A DNA stretch of 30,818 nt, taken from positions 1 to 30,818 of IMG/VR virus record IMGVR_UViG_2565956711_000013. The stretch is one strand, 5' to 3'. Origin of the DNA: a virus. Taxonomy: Duplodnaviria; Heunggongvirae; Uroviricota; Caudoviricetes. The notes under the pieces were generated by a model. The model was given only the letters and a program-made list of their open reading frames with translations. It searched no databases and was not told the DNA's origin. A program made the position numbers and the translations under genes. Each line of letters begins with the position of its first letter. Within the stretch, counting starts at the first letter, position 1. This document shows positions 9,911 to 18,452 of this stretch, piece after piece.

Positions 9911-10405
9911 CTATCTGAGTTGAACATCAATGGAATAAATATTACCACTATTTATAAATTTAGAATCTGTCCTTTCATCAAAAGATTCAAATGACTGTAC
10001 CTTTAAAAACTTTTTCATTTTATTTTCAAAAATACTTTCATTAACACCAGTTAAATACTTGAACGCTCTACCAGCAAGGACCTCATTACTTAAATCCATT
10101 GTGTTTTTATTGTCTTTGAAAAACCAAACAATAACTTTTTGTGGGCATGATGGATTATAAACAGATATATAAAACTGCGGCTCATATTTTTCATCAGCGT
10201 CATCACTAAGCATTTCTTCAGAAGATAATTCTCTTCTGAATTCATATTGCCGCTTAGTTATTCCTTCATCCTTTATTATCTCTTGCTTAACTGGTGCAAT
10301 ACCTATAGAAGAGATTAATTCTGACTCATTAAAGCTGAACTTACACTCTTCCGCAGCCAAGTTAAAAGATAAAAGTGCAGATATAAAAAAAACAAAGATA
10401 CGCAT
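9911..10405 (-). CDS. Hypothetical secreted protein with N-terminal signal peptide; AT-rich cargo gene inside the tail operon
   Basis: ORF 9911..10423; likely start at Met7 (ATG 10403-10405) with GAAGGG 6 nt upstream; hydrophobic N-terminus MRIFVFFISALLSFNLAA then charged mature region; far lower GC than flanking tail genes; no family recognised. Confidence 0.55.
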   Translation of the reverse strand: MRIFVFFISALLSFNLAAEECKFSFNESELISSIGIAPVKQEIIKDEGITKRQYEFRRELSSEEMLSDDADEKYEPQFYISVYNPSCPQKVIVWFFKDNKNTMDLSNEVLAGRAFKYLTGVNESIFENKMKKFLKVQSFESFDERTDSKFINSGNIYSIDVQLR

Positions 10406-10504
10406 AATCATCCCTTCAATCATTTGTAAGGAATGATTATATTAACTACTTAAAGCTGAAAACCCAAATTATGCCAGACAAAAACACATTAATCATTTTG
10501 TACA

Positions 10505-12337
10505 CTACCTGAACCGCGTATAGCCAACATCATGGCTGACATCAAAACCGCTGGATCGCGTTTCCATAACCCGCATACCCGGAGGCGAATTCACAAAAGA
10601 GACCTTGATCTCACCATCAACTTTTGGCACAGAAGCTTTGTTAATCATGAAGGGATTCGAGCCTGTGGCATCGGAGGCGTTTTTTGACTGAGCCGGATCC
10701 ACCGCCGGATAAGGTGTGTATCCCCGCGCCGGTATTCCCGTCCCATAAGCATCATAAGCACCCGCGCCCCACTGCGCAGAGTTAATGGCATCGACCGTGT
10801 CACCGGAACTGTCGGTAAACCACTCAATAATTGGCTTCAGCTTGTCCCACATATCCTGAAACCACTTAACAACCGGTCCCCAGTTATTGATCACCATCCC
10901 CAGCGGCGACCAGGCAAAAACCTTCTTCAGAAGTTCCCAACCTGCCTCAAAATAAGGACCAATGGTTTCCCAGAGCTTCTTGAAATAAGGTCCGACAACA
11001 TCCCAGTTAGTGATAATTAATCCCGCAGCCAGAGCAATCGCCGTCGCAATCATGCCAATCGGCGTCATCGACATAATCCTGCTGACAATACTGATGGCAC
11101 TGCCCACGCCCATCAATCCCAGTTTCAGAATCGCAAGACCGGCAGCAAGCCCGACGACGCCGCGAATAACCCGGGGATTTTCATCCGCAAACTTCGTGAA
11201 TTTCTCCCCCAACTCCCCCAGCCATTGTGTGATATTTTTAGCGTCACCAGAAAATGCGCCGCCAATAGCCGCAAGGCCGTTAGTTGCGGTCCCTGTCATT
11301 GCCTCCCACAGGTTGGACAGCGTACCAAGCTGTGCCTGAACACGTTTATTCAGGCTGGCCTGTTTATTCATCTTCTGCTGGATCTGATCGTAGCCATCCT
11401 TTCCTTTATCGATTAGTGCATTGACCACCTGAAGAGTTTCGGCATCATCACCAAATATTGCCTTAAGTACACCTGTTCGCTTAACGTCGGTCAGTTTTCG
11501 CAGCTTTGCCAGTTGCCTGAACATGTTATCAAGACCGCCAAAACTCCCTTTGCCGTCAGTAAAATCGAGCTGTACCCCGAGTTTCTGGCGGGCCATGATT
11601 TTATTAACGTCCCTGATTTTCTTAACGCTTAATCCGGACTGGATAACTTTTCGCAGGGCATTACCTGCCGACTCCCCGTTCATCCCCATCTGATCCATCA
11701 TGACGCTGATGGGGGCAAGGCTCTGTGCAGCCTGAAGACCATCCTTGTTCACCATCTTCAGAACAGAACTGGTTTTAGTGAAGAAGGACAACATGTTGGT
11801 ATCGTCAACGCCCAGATAAAACGCCTTCTGGATAGTGTCGAACAGCCCCATCATGTCTTCTGACGCCGTTCCGGTAGCATCCTGCATCTTTGCCGCAAAC
11901 TCAGCAGCCGCTTCCGGTGTTTTTTTCAGTTGTACCGCAAGATAAGCTGTCGCTTTACCCACACCACCCAGAATGTTTTCTGCCGGGATCCCCTGACGCA
12001 CCAGCATCTGCATCATGTTCTGGAAATCAGCCGTTGTACCGGGTAGCTGGTTACCCAGGCCAATAGCCAGTTTATTGATGTCCTGAAAGCGCTTTCCAAC
12101 CTCGCCGTTCGCATCCATCATGGCGACTTTCAGCCCGGTGGCGGCGTTTTCCTGATCGGCATAAGATTTCAGGGAAAGCGTCAGACCCGCAGCCAGTCCG
12201 CCACCAAGCGCCAGCCCACCCTGTGACGCTTCTTCCGCCTGGCGTTTAAATCCCCGGATTTTCTTTTGCATTTTCGACAGCGCGGGAGAAAGCCTGTCGA
12301 CACCGGTGATCAACGCCTTAAGCTCAAATTCAGCCAT
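10505..12337 (-). CDS. Tail tape measure protein
   Basis: 610 aa; Ala/Gly-rich with a hydrophobic C-terminal segment; located after the tube and chaperone genes. Confidence 0.8.
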   Translation of the reverse strand: MAEFELKALITGVDRLSPALSKMQKKIRGFKRQAEEASQGGLALGGGLAAGLTLSLKSYADQENAATGLKVAMMDANGEVGKRFQDINKLAIGLGNQLPGTTADFQNMMQMLVRQGIPAENILGGVGKATAYLAVQLKKTPEAAAEFAAKMQDATGTASEDMMGLFDTIQKAFYLGVDDTNMLSFFTKTSSVLKMVNKDGLQAAQSLAPISVMMDQMGMNGESAGNALRKVIQSGLSVKKIRDVNKIMARQKLGVQLDFTDGKGSFGGLDNMFRQLAKLRKLTDVKRTGVLKAIFGDDAETLQVVNALIDKGKDGYDQIQQKMNKQASLNKRVQAQLGTLSNLWEAMTGTATNGLAAIGGAFSGDAKNITQWLGELGEKFTKFADENPRVIRGVVGLAAGLAILKLGLMGVGSAISIVSRIMSMTPIGMIATAIALAAGLIITNWDVVGPYFKKLWETIGPYFEAGWELLKKVFAWSPLGMVINNWGPVVKWFQDMWDKLKPIIEWFTDSSGDTVDAINSAQWGAGAYDAYGTGIPARGYTPYPAVDPAQSKNASDATGSNPFMINKASVPKVDGEIKVSFVNSPPGMRVMETRSSGFDVSHDVGYTRFR

Positions 12338-12497
12338 GTGTGCGTTTCTCCTGCTCTATCCTGTTTGCCTGACTGACCAGCAAGGGAATTTCACTGATCG
12401 GCATACTCAGCAATTCGAAGGGATTAATGCGCCAGTAGCTGGCGCAGTCAAAGAAGCGATCAGTGAGGTATTCAGCCGTCAGGCCTGGAGGAAAAAA
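12330..12497 (-). CDS. -1 frameshift extension of the tail assembly chaperone (GT-like product)
   Basis: The -1 frame is open from the heptamer U_UUU_UUC (plus 12491-12497) to the stop at 12330, overlapping the tape measure start; expected fusion about 139 aa. Confidence 0.55.
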   Translation of the reverse strand, partial: FFPPGLTAEYLTDRFFDCASYWRINPFELLSMPISEIPLLVSQANRIEQEKRTHG

Positions 12498-12748
12498 CCA
12501 GCCACAAGCCACGCCGCTGCATTCAGGTCTGCCGGAGACATCTGGTCGACAGAGCTTTGCGGCACTTTCGCCAGCCGCACAATGTATTTCGACACCACAT
12601 GCGCCAGAAGTTTGACTGACTCATCCTGATTCATCTGGTAGGGATACCCCAGCTCGCGGACATCCTTCCCGGTGGGCTCATCAAACTCCAGTACGGAGAG
12701 TGTCTCGCCATGAGCAGTAATCGGTTTCTTTAACTCAAGCTCTTTCAT
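12479..12748 (-). CDS. Tail assembly chaperone (G-like)
   Basis: 89-aa ORF between the tube and tape measure genes; slippery heptamer near its 3' end. Confidence 0.65.
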   Translation of the reverse strand: MKELELKKPITAHGETLSVLEFDEPTGKDVRELGYPYQMNQDESVKLLAHVVSKYIVRLAKVPQSSVDQMSPADLNAAAWLVAGFFLQA

Positions 12749-13104
12749 TACTGGTAATCCCCTTCTTCACCGTGGAACTCAAGATCAACCGTGCCTTCTT
12801 CGGCATTATGGTTCGCTTCGCCGTGCAGCCAGGCAGACGACAGTACATAGACCTGACCGTTAGCCAGCTCGGCAGTGATGGTCATCTCATCAGACGAGGT
12901 GATTTTGCTCACCGGAAAATTCTTCGGTACCTTGAAGGTCCCTTTGACATAAGGCGCACGGTGAGTTTCCTTGCGGTCCACTGAACCGTCCAGGCCGATG
13001 ATGTCATCATTGACCGTCCTGTTCATGGGCACCTCAATGCCGCCGGTCAGCGATAGCTGCTGACCGTCAATTTTGAAATAACAGGTTCCCCCGATACGGG
13101 CCAT
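12748..13104 (-). CDS. Contractile tail tube protein
   Basis: 118 aa, immediately downstream of the sheath gene with a start/stop overlap. Confidence 0.75.
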   Translation of the reverse strand: MARIGGTCYFKIDGQQLSLTGGIEVPMNRTVNDDIIGLDGSVDRKETHRAPYVKGTFKVPKNFPVSKITSSDEMTITAELANGQVYVLSSAWLHGEANHNAEEGTVDLEFHGEEGDYQ

Positions 13105-14600
13105 TATGCGGACTCCTCTGAATACTGAAGACGGAACTGGTTAACCACGGCAAAGACACGCAACTGGTTAACATAGTCAGGCGGGAACAGCGTGTTCAGG
13201 CGGTTCGGATCGCTGGCATCACGCTCCACAACCAGGTACTGCTTGAACAGTTCGTAGTTTTCCACGATCCCCGCGCGCTCAAGCTGACAGTAGGTTGCCA
13301 GCAGTTCCCCTTTGATCACCGCCGGGGTGACAATCGCCTGACCGGGACCAAAGCGGGTACCGTCGCTGGCAAGCTTGTGACGCCCGTACTTACTGGTAAT
13401 GACGGATTTCAGTTTGCGCAGCACATACGCGCTGGTATGCAGCGTCTCGCTGTCGAGGTAGCTGTTATCCGCAACCCCATAAGCATTTTTCCTGTACGTG
13501 GTGACATCACGCTGAATGCGCAGCACCCCGCTTTCGACATACGCCGTTGCCACGCCATGAGACAGCAGGGTCTGCTGCTCGGTCATCGTGAACCGTTTCC
13601 CCTTCGGCGCAGGCAACATACCCACCAGCTCACCGGTCTGCGTGGGACGTGCCGGATCGTTGCGGATAAACACCGCTGCGCGGGCGGTACGGCTTGCCGC
13701 CAGCTCGTCGGCAGGCGTCTGGGTGTCTTTTTCGTACCCCGCCAGGGTAATGTGCTGCTGGTTAAACTGGTCACCTGCGGTCACCAGTTCTGACAGCGTG
13801 CCGGTCTTTGCCGTATACACATGACCATACAGCTGACGCGCATAGCTCCAGCGACCGCTGGTATCGTTCATCTCGGTCACCAGCGTGTTAACGGAGGCCG
13901 TGTCGTTGAACGGCAGACCGATATAATCAAACGGCTCATCCGCCATTGCAGCCACCGCACCGGTGAGAACAGGAGCGCCCGTTCCGGCGGTCCCCGTCGC
14001 CACGGCAATCTGTACGCCCGCTGGCAGCACTTCGCCCCCACCAAAGCCGTAGTAATTGAGGCTGACAGGAATTTCATTCCCGCAAAGCCCCTTATGACGC
14101 GCGGTCAGTGTGACCACGCCTGCCGAAGATGAGGCCGTAAACGGCAGGGCCGGAACGGCATTGATGGCATCCTTGATACTGCTGGCAATCGTCGTGACGT
14201 TATCGCCGTTGGTCACCGGTGCCTGCACGCGGGTACGTCCCACATAAACATTCACCGTGCCGGTTTCGGTTGCTGCTCCGGTCACCGTCAGCGTAACCGT
14301 TGCCGCCGCGCCTGTGGCTTCCGGAACGGCAATCACATACAGCTCGCCAAACGGGTCGGTCTGGCGATAAGCCTCGACCATACGCGCCAGCTGACTTCCC
14401 GCACCACAAATCTGGCGTGCATAGTCTGCCGACGGCATCAGCACCAGACTGTTGGCAACAATCTCTGCACCGTTATTGGCGTGACCAATCAGCAACGATG
14501 CCCCGCTATCCTGTGCAGTATTCGCTGCCGAGTTATCCATTTCCGCATAAAACAACGGAACCAGCGTATTCGACGGAATGGTGTTAAAGCTTATCGTCAT
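13104..14600 (-). CDS. Contractile tail sheath protein
   Basis: 498 aa; size and sequence character of Mu/P2-type sheath proteins. Confidence 0.8.
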   Translation of the reverse strand: MTISFNTIPSNTLVPLFYAEMDNSAANTAQDSGASLLIGHANNGAEIVANSLVLMPSADYARQICGAGSQLARMVEAYRQTDPFGELYVIAVPEATGAAATVTLTVTGAATETGTVNVYVGRTRVQAPVTNGDNVTTIASSIKDAINAVPALPFTASSSAGVVTLTARHKGLCGNEIPVSLNYYGFGGGEVLPAGVQIAVATGTAGTGAPVLTGAVAAMADEPFDYIGLPFNDTASVNTLVTEMNDTSGRWSYARQLYGHVYTAKTGTLSELVTAGDQFNQQHITLAGYEKDTQTPADELAASRTARAAVFIRNDPARPTQTGELVGMLPAPKGKRFTMTEQQTLLSHGVATAYVESGVLRIQRDVTTYRKNAYGVADNSYLDSETLHTSAYVLRKLKSVITSKYGRHKLASDGTRFGPGQAIVTPAVIKGELLATYCQLERAGIVENYELFKQYLVVERDASDPNRLNTLFPPDYVNQLRVFAVVNQFRLQYSEESA

Positions 14601-14754
14601 CGGTATTCACCTTTTTATTCACGCGCCGGATATCACCCGCTGCTTCACGGCGCAGCCAGTAGTTGTTCTCGTCAACATTTCGCCCTTCGGCGGGCAAAAG
14701 GTCGCCGCGGGCAGGGTCAGGAACTGACCGCCCTTTAACAGGTTTCACAAACAT
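14586..14754 (-). CDS. Possible small ORF (~55 aa) filling the gap upstream of the sheath gene
   Basis: My own translation: ATG at 14752-14754, MFVKPVKGRSVPDPARGDLLPAEGRNVDENNYWLRREAAGDIRRVNKKVNTDDDKL, stop overlapping the sheath start; weak RBS; not in the ORF track (under 60 aa). Confidence 0.25.
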
Positions 14755-14762
14755 GAAGATTC

Positions 14763-15323
14763 TCAGGAAGGAAGGGTTATTTCGGTGTGATGTTCGATAT
14801 CGCCGTCAGGCCCGTTACCGGGATCGAGATAATCAACATCAATCGCCAGCGTTCGCAGTTCATCCAGACTGTTCAGCTCATCCTGCTGGCGGGTATCGTC
14901 TTCGGTCAGCTCGCTGATGACCGAAAAATCGAACTGATAAATCAGCTCATGACGATTCAGATCCAGCAGCGTGCCGCCATCATAGGTAATCGGGTTACCG
15001 CACGATTCCGGGTTCCAGCCCAGCAGGGCCTTAAAGAGCATTTGCCGGACATCGTCCACCACATCATACGAGGCAAACTGACCGCGCTCATCACGCCCGT
15101 TACTCAGTATGACAATCACGGAGAAGCCCTCTTTCAGCTCCTGCCAATAGTCGGTCTGGCTTTTGTTTTCTCCCGGAGAGTCATCACCCGGTACCACATA
15201 CGCCGCCGGGAGTCTCAGCTTTCCGACCTCCGGCAGATTTTTGAACTGTGCCGCGCCTGCCACCCGGTTTTCAAAATACGGGCAGCGGGCACGCAGCGCA
15301 GCAATAACAGGCGTCAGTTTCAT
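14763..15323 (-). CDS. Tail completion / sheath terminator-like protein (family uncertain)
   Basis: 186 aa acidic protein between the head-tail joining genes and the sheath. Confidence 0.5.
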   Translation of the reverse strand: MKLTPVIAALRARCPYFENRVAGAAQFKNLPEVGKLRLPAAYVVPGDDSPGENKSQTDYWQELKEGFSVIVILSNGRDERGQFASYDVVDDVRQMLFKALLGWNPESCGNPITYDGGTLLDLNRHELIYQFDFSVISELTEDDTRQQDELNSLDELRTLAIDVDYLDPGNGPDGDIEHHTEITLPS

Positions 15324-15826
15324 CTGTGTCGTCGCTCCGGCTTCAGTGATTTACGCAATTCCCGCGCCAGAAAATAGCGTGTCCAGCTGCGGTTCTTTTC
15401 AAGCGTTTCCACCATGAAGTTATTACGTGGAGCCAGTCGCCAGCCGCTGCCACCGGATGCACCACGATGATGACTACGACGACGTTTTGCTCCTCCCCGG
15501 ACACCAAAAAACAGAAACGCCGGATAGAAGTCACCAGAGATCATCCGGTTCCCCTTCCCGTTGCGCTGGTTAGGGGCAATGCGTGTCATAAAACCGGCTC
15601 GCTTTTTACTGGCTCTCGGCACCATATAACCAATCGAACGAGCCAGGCGTCCGGTCTGATAACCGGGGTTTTCACCCGGTGCCGACCGCGCACGGCGCAT
15701 CACCAGCCGACGGGCATCACGCATATGACGCTGCCCAATCGTGACAAACGCCCGCCGGACACGGGCGCGGTTAAAACGCATCTCCGCGGGCTGCTGAACA
15801 TCAACGTGAAAAAAGGGAGTCGCCAT
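15320..15826 (-). CDS. HK97 gp10-like head-tail joining protein
   Basis: 168 aa basic protein; position and composition fit the HK97 gp10 family. Confidence 0.55.
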   Translation of the reverse strand: MATPFFHVDVQQPAEMRFNRARVRRAFVTIGQRHMRDARRLVMRRARSAPGENPGYQTGRLARSIGYMVPRASKKRAGFMTRIAPNQRNGKGNRMISGDFYPAFLFFGVRGGAKRRRSHHRGASGGSGWRLAPRNNFMVETLEKNRSWTRYFLARELRKSLKPERRHR

Positions 15827-16211
15827 TGCTGCCTCCGTGACTCTGCGTAAATTCGCCCAGCTCCGTACACTCCAGCAGCAGAAAGCGCCGCGCCCCGTTC
15901 AGATCGCGCTGACGTTTCACCCGGTACACACTGTCATCACAGACCACCTCATAATCAGCAGTGATCCCCCGGCGGTAGCGAATGGTGATGTAATGGGTGA
16001 TGGCATCTCCGGTCTGCGCGGTTTCCTGCAAGGTGGTGGCACTGGTCTGGATAACCTTCGCCCATGCCCGGAACGCAACCGGGTATTGAGGCTCCACGCC
16101 AAAGTTATCCGCGGGCATATCCACCCGCTGGCGGATCAGGACGCGTTTATTAAGTTCGCCGGGATCCGGCAGAATGTAGGTTGCGCTGGTCTGCGCCTGA
16201 CGAATTTTCAT
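15801..16211 (-). CDS. Head-tail adaptor / head closure protein
   Basis: 136 aa; conserved position after the connector gene. Confidence 0.55.
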   Translation of the reverse strand: MKIRQAQTSATYILPDPGELNKRVLIRQRVDMPADNFGVEPQYPVAFRAWAKVIQTSATTLQETAQTGDAITHYITIRYRRGITADYEVVCDDSVYRVKRQRDLNGARRFLLLECTELGEFTQSHGGSNGDSLFSR

Positions 16212-16531
16212 AGTGGTATAAGGCGATAAGGAGCAACCAACCAGTTAAAACTCATTGGCAACTCCATTTTCTCAACGTCTGTAACCGTTGAGCGGTTTTC
16301 GTAGAAATGGCTGACAAGTAGCAGGAGCGCCAGCTTCACATCATCAGATATCACAAGCCCATCAGGATCATCCGCAGGCCTGTCATCTGCGGTTGCATAC
16401 AACGTACGGTTAAGGAAGTTTTCCGTCCGACTCTGAGCGGCCTTCCCAAGTAGTTCAAGCAACTCATCTTCATCAGAGAAATCATCATCCAGACGAAGCT
16501 GAAGCTTAATCTCTTCCATTTTTAACAGCAT
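16208..16531 (-). CDS. Head-tail connector (gp6-like) protein
   Basis: Track ORF 16208..16576; the internal ATG at 16529-16531 (MLLKMEEIKL) has an AGGAGG RBS 5 nt upstream, so it is the likely start; acidic ~107-aa protein downstream of the capsid gene. Confidence 0.6.
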   Translation of the reverse strand: MLLKMEEIKLQLRLDDDFSDEDELLELLGKAAQSRTENFLNRTLYATADDRPADDPDGLVISDDVKLALLLLVSHFYENRSTVTDVEKMELPMSFNWLVAPYRLIPL

Positions 16532-16563
16532 AAAACCTCCTGTGCCCGCCAGAACGCAGGCAC

Positions 16564-16583
16564 AAAAAAACCGCATTACGCGG
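16564..16583 (-). terminator. Weak hairpin plus U7 tract after the major capsid gene (possible partial terminator)
   Basis: Minus RNA ccgcguaaugcgg followed by UUUUUUU (plus 16564-16570); stem only 4-5 bp. Confidence 0.3.
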
Positions 16584-16609
16584 CGTGCTGTATTACGTAA
16601 AAAGACTAA

Positions 16610-17839
16610 TCAACCACCAACGCTACCTTTCCCCACCAGCGCTTTAATGGCAGAGGTGTCTTCCAGGATACAGTCAAAACGATGGAAGGCCAGAAAACCA
16701 GTCTGATCATATTCCGCGTAACGCTCAACCAGGCGTTTAAGAATCATGTATCGCACACGACGGATAATGAAGCGATCAAAGTCACCACAGAACATGAATT
16801 TTTTACCCGCCCCGATATCATCAATTTCCTGATCAATGACATACGGTACATTCAACACTGAAGCAGGTGCCACACCAACAATATCCGGCAACCATAAAGG
16901 GCGTCCCTGACCGTCTTCCATCTCACTGATCAGTTTCAGCGTATTATCGTTAAACGCCAGGCGGAATTTCGGTCCGCGACGATATGCAGGATCAATGCTG
17001 TGTTTCAGAGCCAGAATTTCCTGCCACTTCACCGCATTTGCCGCGGCAGTCTGTGTTGTGCCGGTCACAGATGCTGCCAGCCCTTTGGGTTGTTTAGGCG
17101 TACCAGCCCCCGTCCCCTGAATCAGATAACGGGCTTCACCACGACCAATACGTTCAGCAATGCGACGGGCAAGATAAGCTTCCATATCGATCGCACTGTC
17201 CTGCAGCAACTCATTAGACACACGAATTATTTTCGATGTCATTTTGAGCGCCCCAAGGCTTCCCATACCGAAATCGGTGTCTTCTTCACCGGCTTCTTCA
17301 TTTTCGCCCAGCAGAACACCAACTTCGGAAGTACCATCAGCTGTTGCCCACTCCATAGTGCGACCATCAGAAGTGGTAAGAATCTGCGCCACACTGGCGA
17401 TGCCACCGTAGGATTTCATCTTCTCAACAACTTTCGCCAGGAATGTTTCTGGTACGGTATATCCGCCCTTTTCATCCTGAGCTACGCCCTGGGCACGAAG
17501 TTCACGCAACGCCTTTCGTTCTTCTGATGTCAGCTCACTGGCACCGTGACGCATCCACTTATCAAAAACCTGATCTCGTTTCTCATCCTGTTGCGGATTG
17601 TTTTCCGGATCAAGATTCTGACGCTGCTCTTCCTCATTGCTTTCAATGTACGCCTGATCCTGACGACGCAGTTCTTCTTCGCGTGCAATTCGTTCATCAA
17701 GCGCTTCCAGTTCGGATTTTGCTTTGTTCCACTCAGTGCGCTGCTCTTCCGTCCATGCGTTATCACCAATTTTTTCATTCAGGGCGCGCATGTCAGTTGC
17801 GATAGTATTACGTTTCTGTTTCAGTTCATGCAGTTTCAT
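16610..17839 (-). CDS. Major capsid protein, HK97-like
   Basis: 409 aa; N-terminal coiled-coil-like delta-domain then capsid domain; follows the prohead protease as in HK97-type head modules. Confidence 0.85.
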   Translation of the reverse strand: MKLHELKQKRNTIATDMRALNEKIGDNAWTEEQRTEWNKAKSELEALDERIAREEELRRQDQAYIESNEEEQRQNLDPENNPQQDEKRDQVFDKWMRHGASELTSEERKALRELRAQGVAQDEKGGYTVPETFLAKVVEKMKSYGGIASVAQILTTSDGRTMEWATADGTSEVGVLLGENEEAGEEDTDFGMGSLGALKMTSKIIRVSNELLQDSAIDMEAYLARRIAERIGRGEARYLIQGTGAGTPKQPKGLAASVTGTTQTAAANAVKWQEILALKHSIDPAYRRGPKFRLAFNDNTLKLISEMEDGQGRPLWLPDIVGVAPASVLNVPYVIDQEIDDIGAGKKFMFCGDFDRFIIRRVRYMILKRLVERYAEYDQTGFLAFHRFDCILEDTSAIKALVGKGSVGG

Positions 17840-17849
17840 GATGTTTCCT

Positions 17850-18452
17850 TTACGCGTTAAGAAGGGTCAGGACGCGTTCACGCGCCATACGTTGATTAAT
17901 GGCTTTCTGTAGCGCGCCACTGTTGCGCGCCTCCTGCCATGCTTTCATGGAGCGAACAGCCGAGTCAGCCTCCTGATAGGCAGGATATGTCACAGGACTG
18001 ACATCCAGCAGACGGGAAAAGCGGGTTATCTCGCGAATAACAACCCCGTCCTCATCCTGATACCACTCCTCGCCGTCACGGGCGACACGGAAAGCAAAAG
18101 ATGACTGGTTAATATCTCCACGTTGCATCGGGGCCAGCACCAGATCACGAATGGTCTGTGTCTCCGGAGCCTGGATGTCATAGCGCAATCCGCGCTCATC
18201 AACTGAAAGATTCAGCGTGCCTGCTGCACTACGCCCAAGAATAAAATTAGGATCGTGGTTAAACAGTGCGCGTACATCATCACCAAGCACATCGTCAAAA
18301 GCGCCGGGCCGGATGATTTCGCGGAATGAACCGAATATCAGCTCAGAACGACAGTCAAACACCGATCCATAACCGATAATGTGCGCAGGGTTATCGTCAT
18401 GCCGCTCAGCACGCACCTCACCGCTGTAACAACGGATTTCACGGTCATTCAT
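17850..18452 (-). CDS. Prohead protease, HK97 family
   Basis: Track ORF 17850..18509; likely start at Met20 (MNDREIRCY) just after the portal stop; resembles HK97-type prohead proteases. Confidence 0.8.
   Translation of the reverse strand: MNDREIRCYSGEVRAERHDDNPAHIIGYGSVFDCRSELIFGSFREIIRPGAFDDVLGDDVRALFNHDPNFILGRSAAGTLNLSVDERGLRYDIQAPETQTIRDLVLAPMQRGDINQSSFAFRVARDGEEWYQDEDGVVIREITRFSRLLDVSPVTYPAYQEADSAVRSMKAWQEARNSGALQKAINQRMARERVLTLLNA

Noticed and set aside
14787-15377. 196-aa plus-strand ORF antisense to the tail completion and HK97 gp10-like genes
   Set aside because: Lies entirely opposite well-supported, overlapping minus-strand structural genes; high-GC DNA gives long spurious frames; no RBS found.
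16532-16576. N-terminal 15-aa extension of the head-tail connector ORF
   Set aside because: It lacks an RBS and overlaps the hairpin and U-tract after the capsid gene; the internal ATG at 16529-16531 has a strong AGGAGG RBS.
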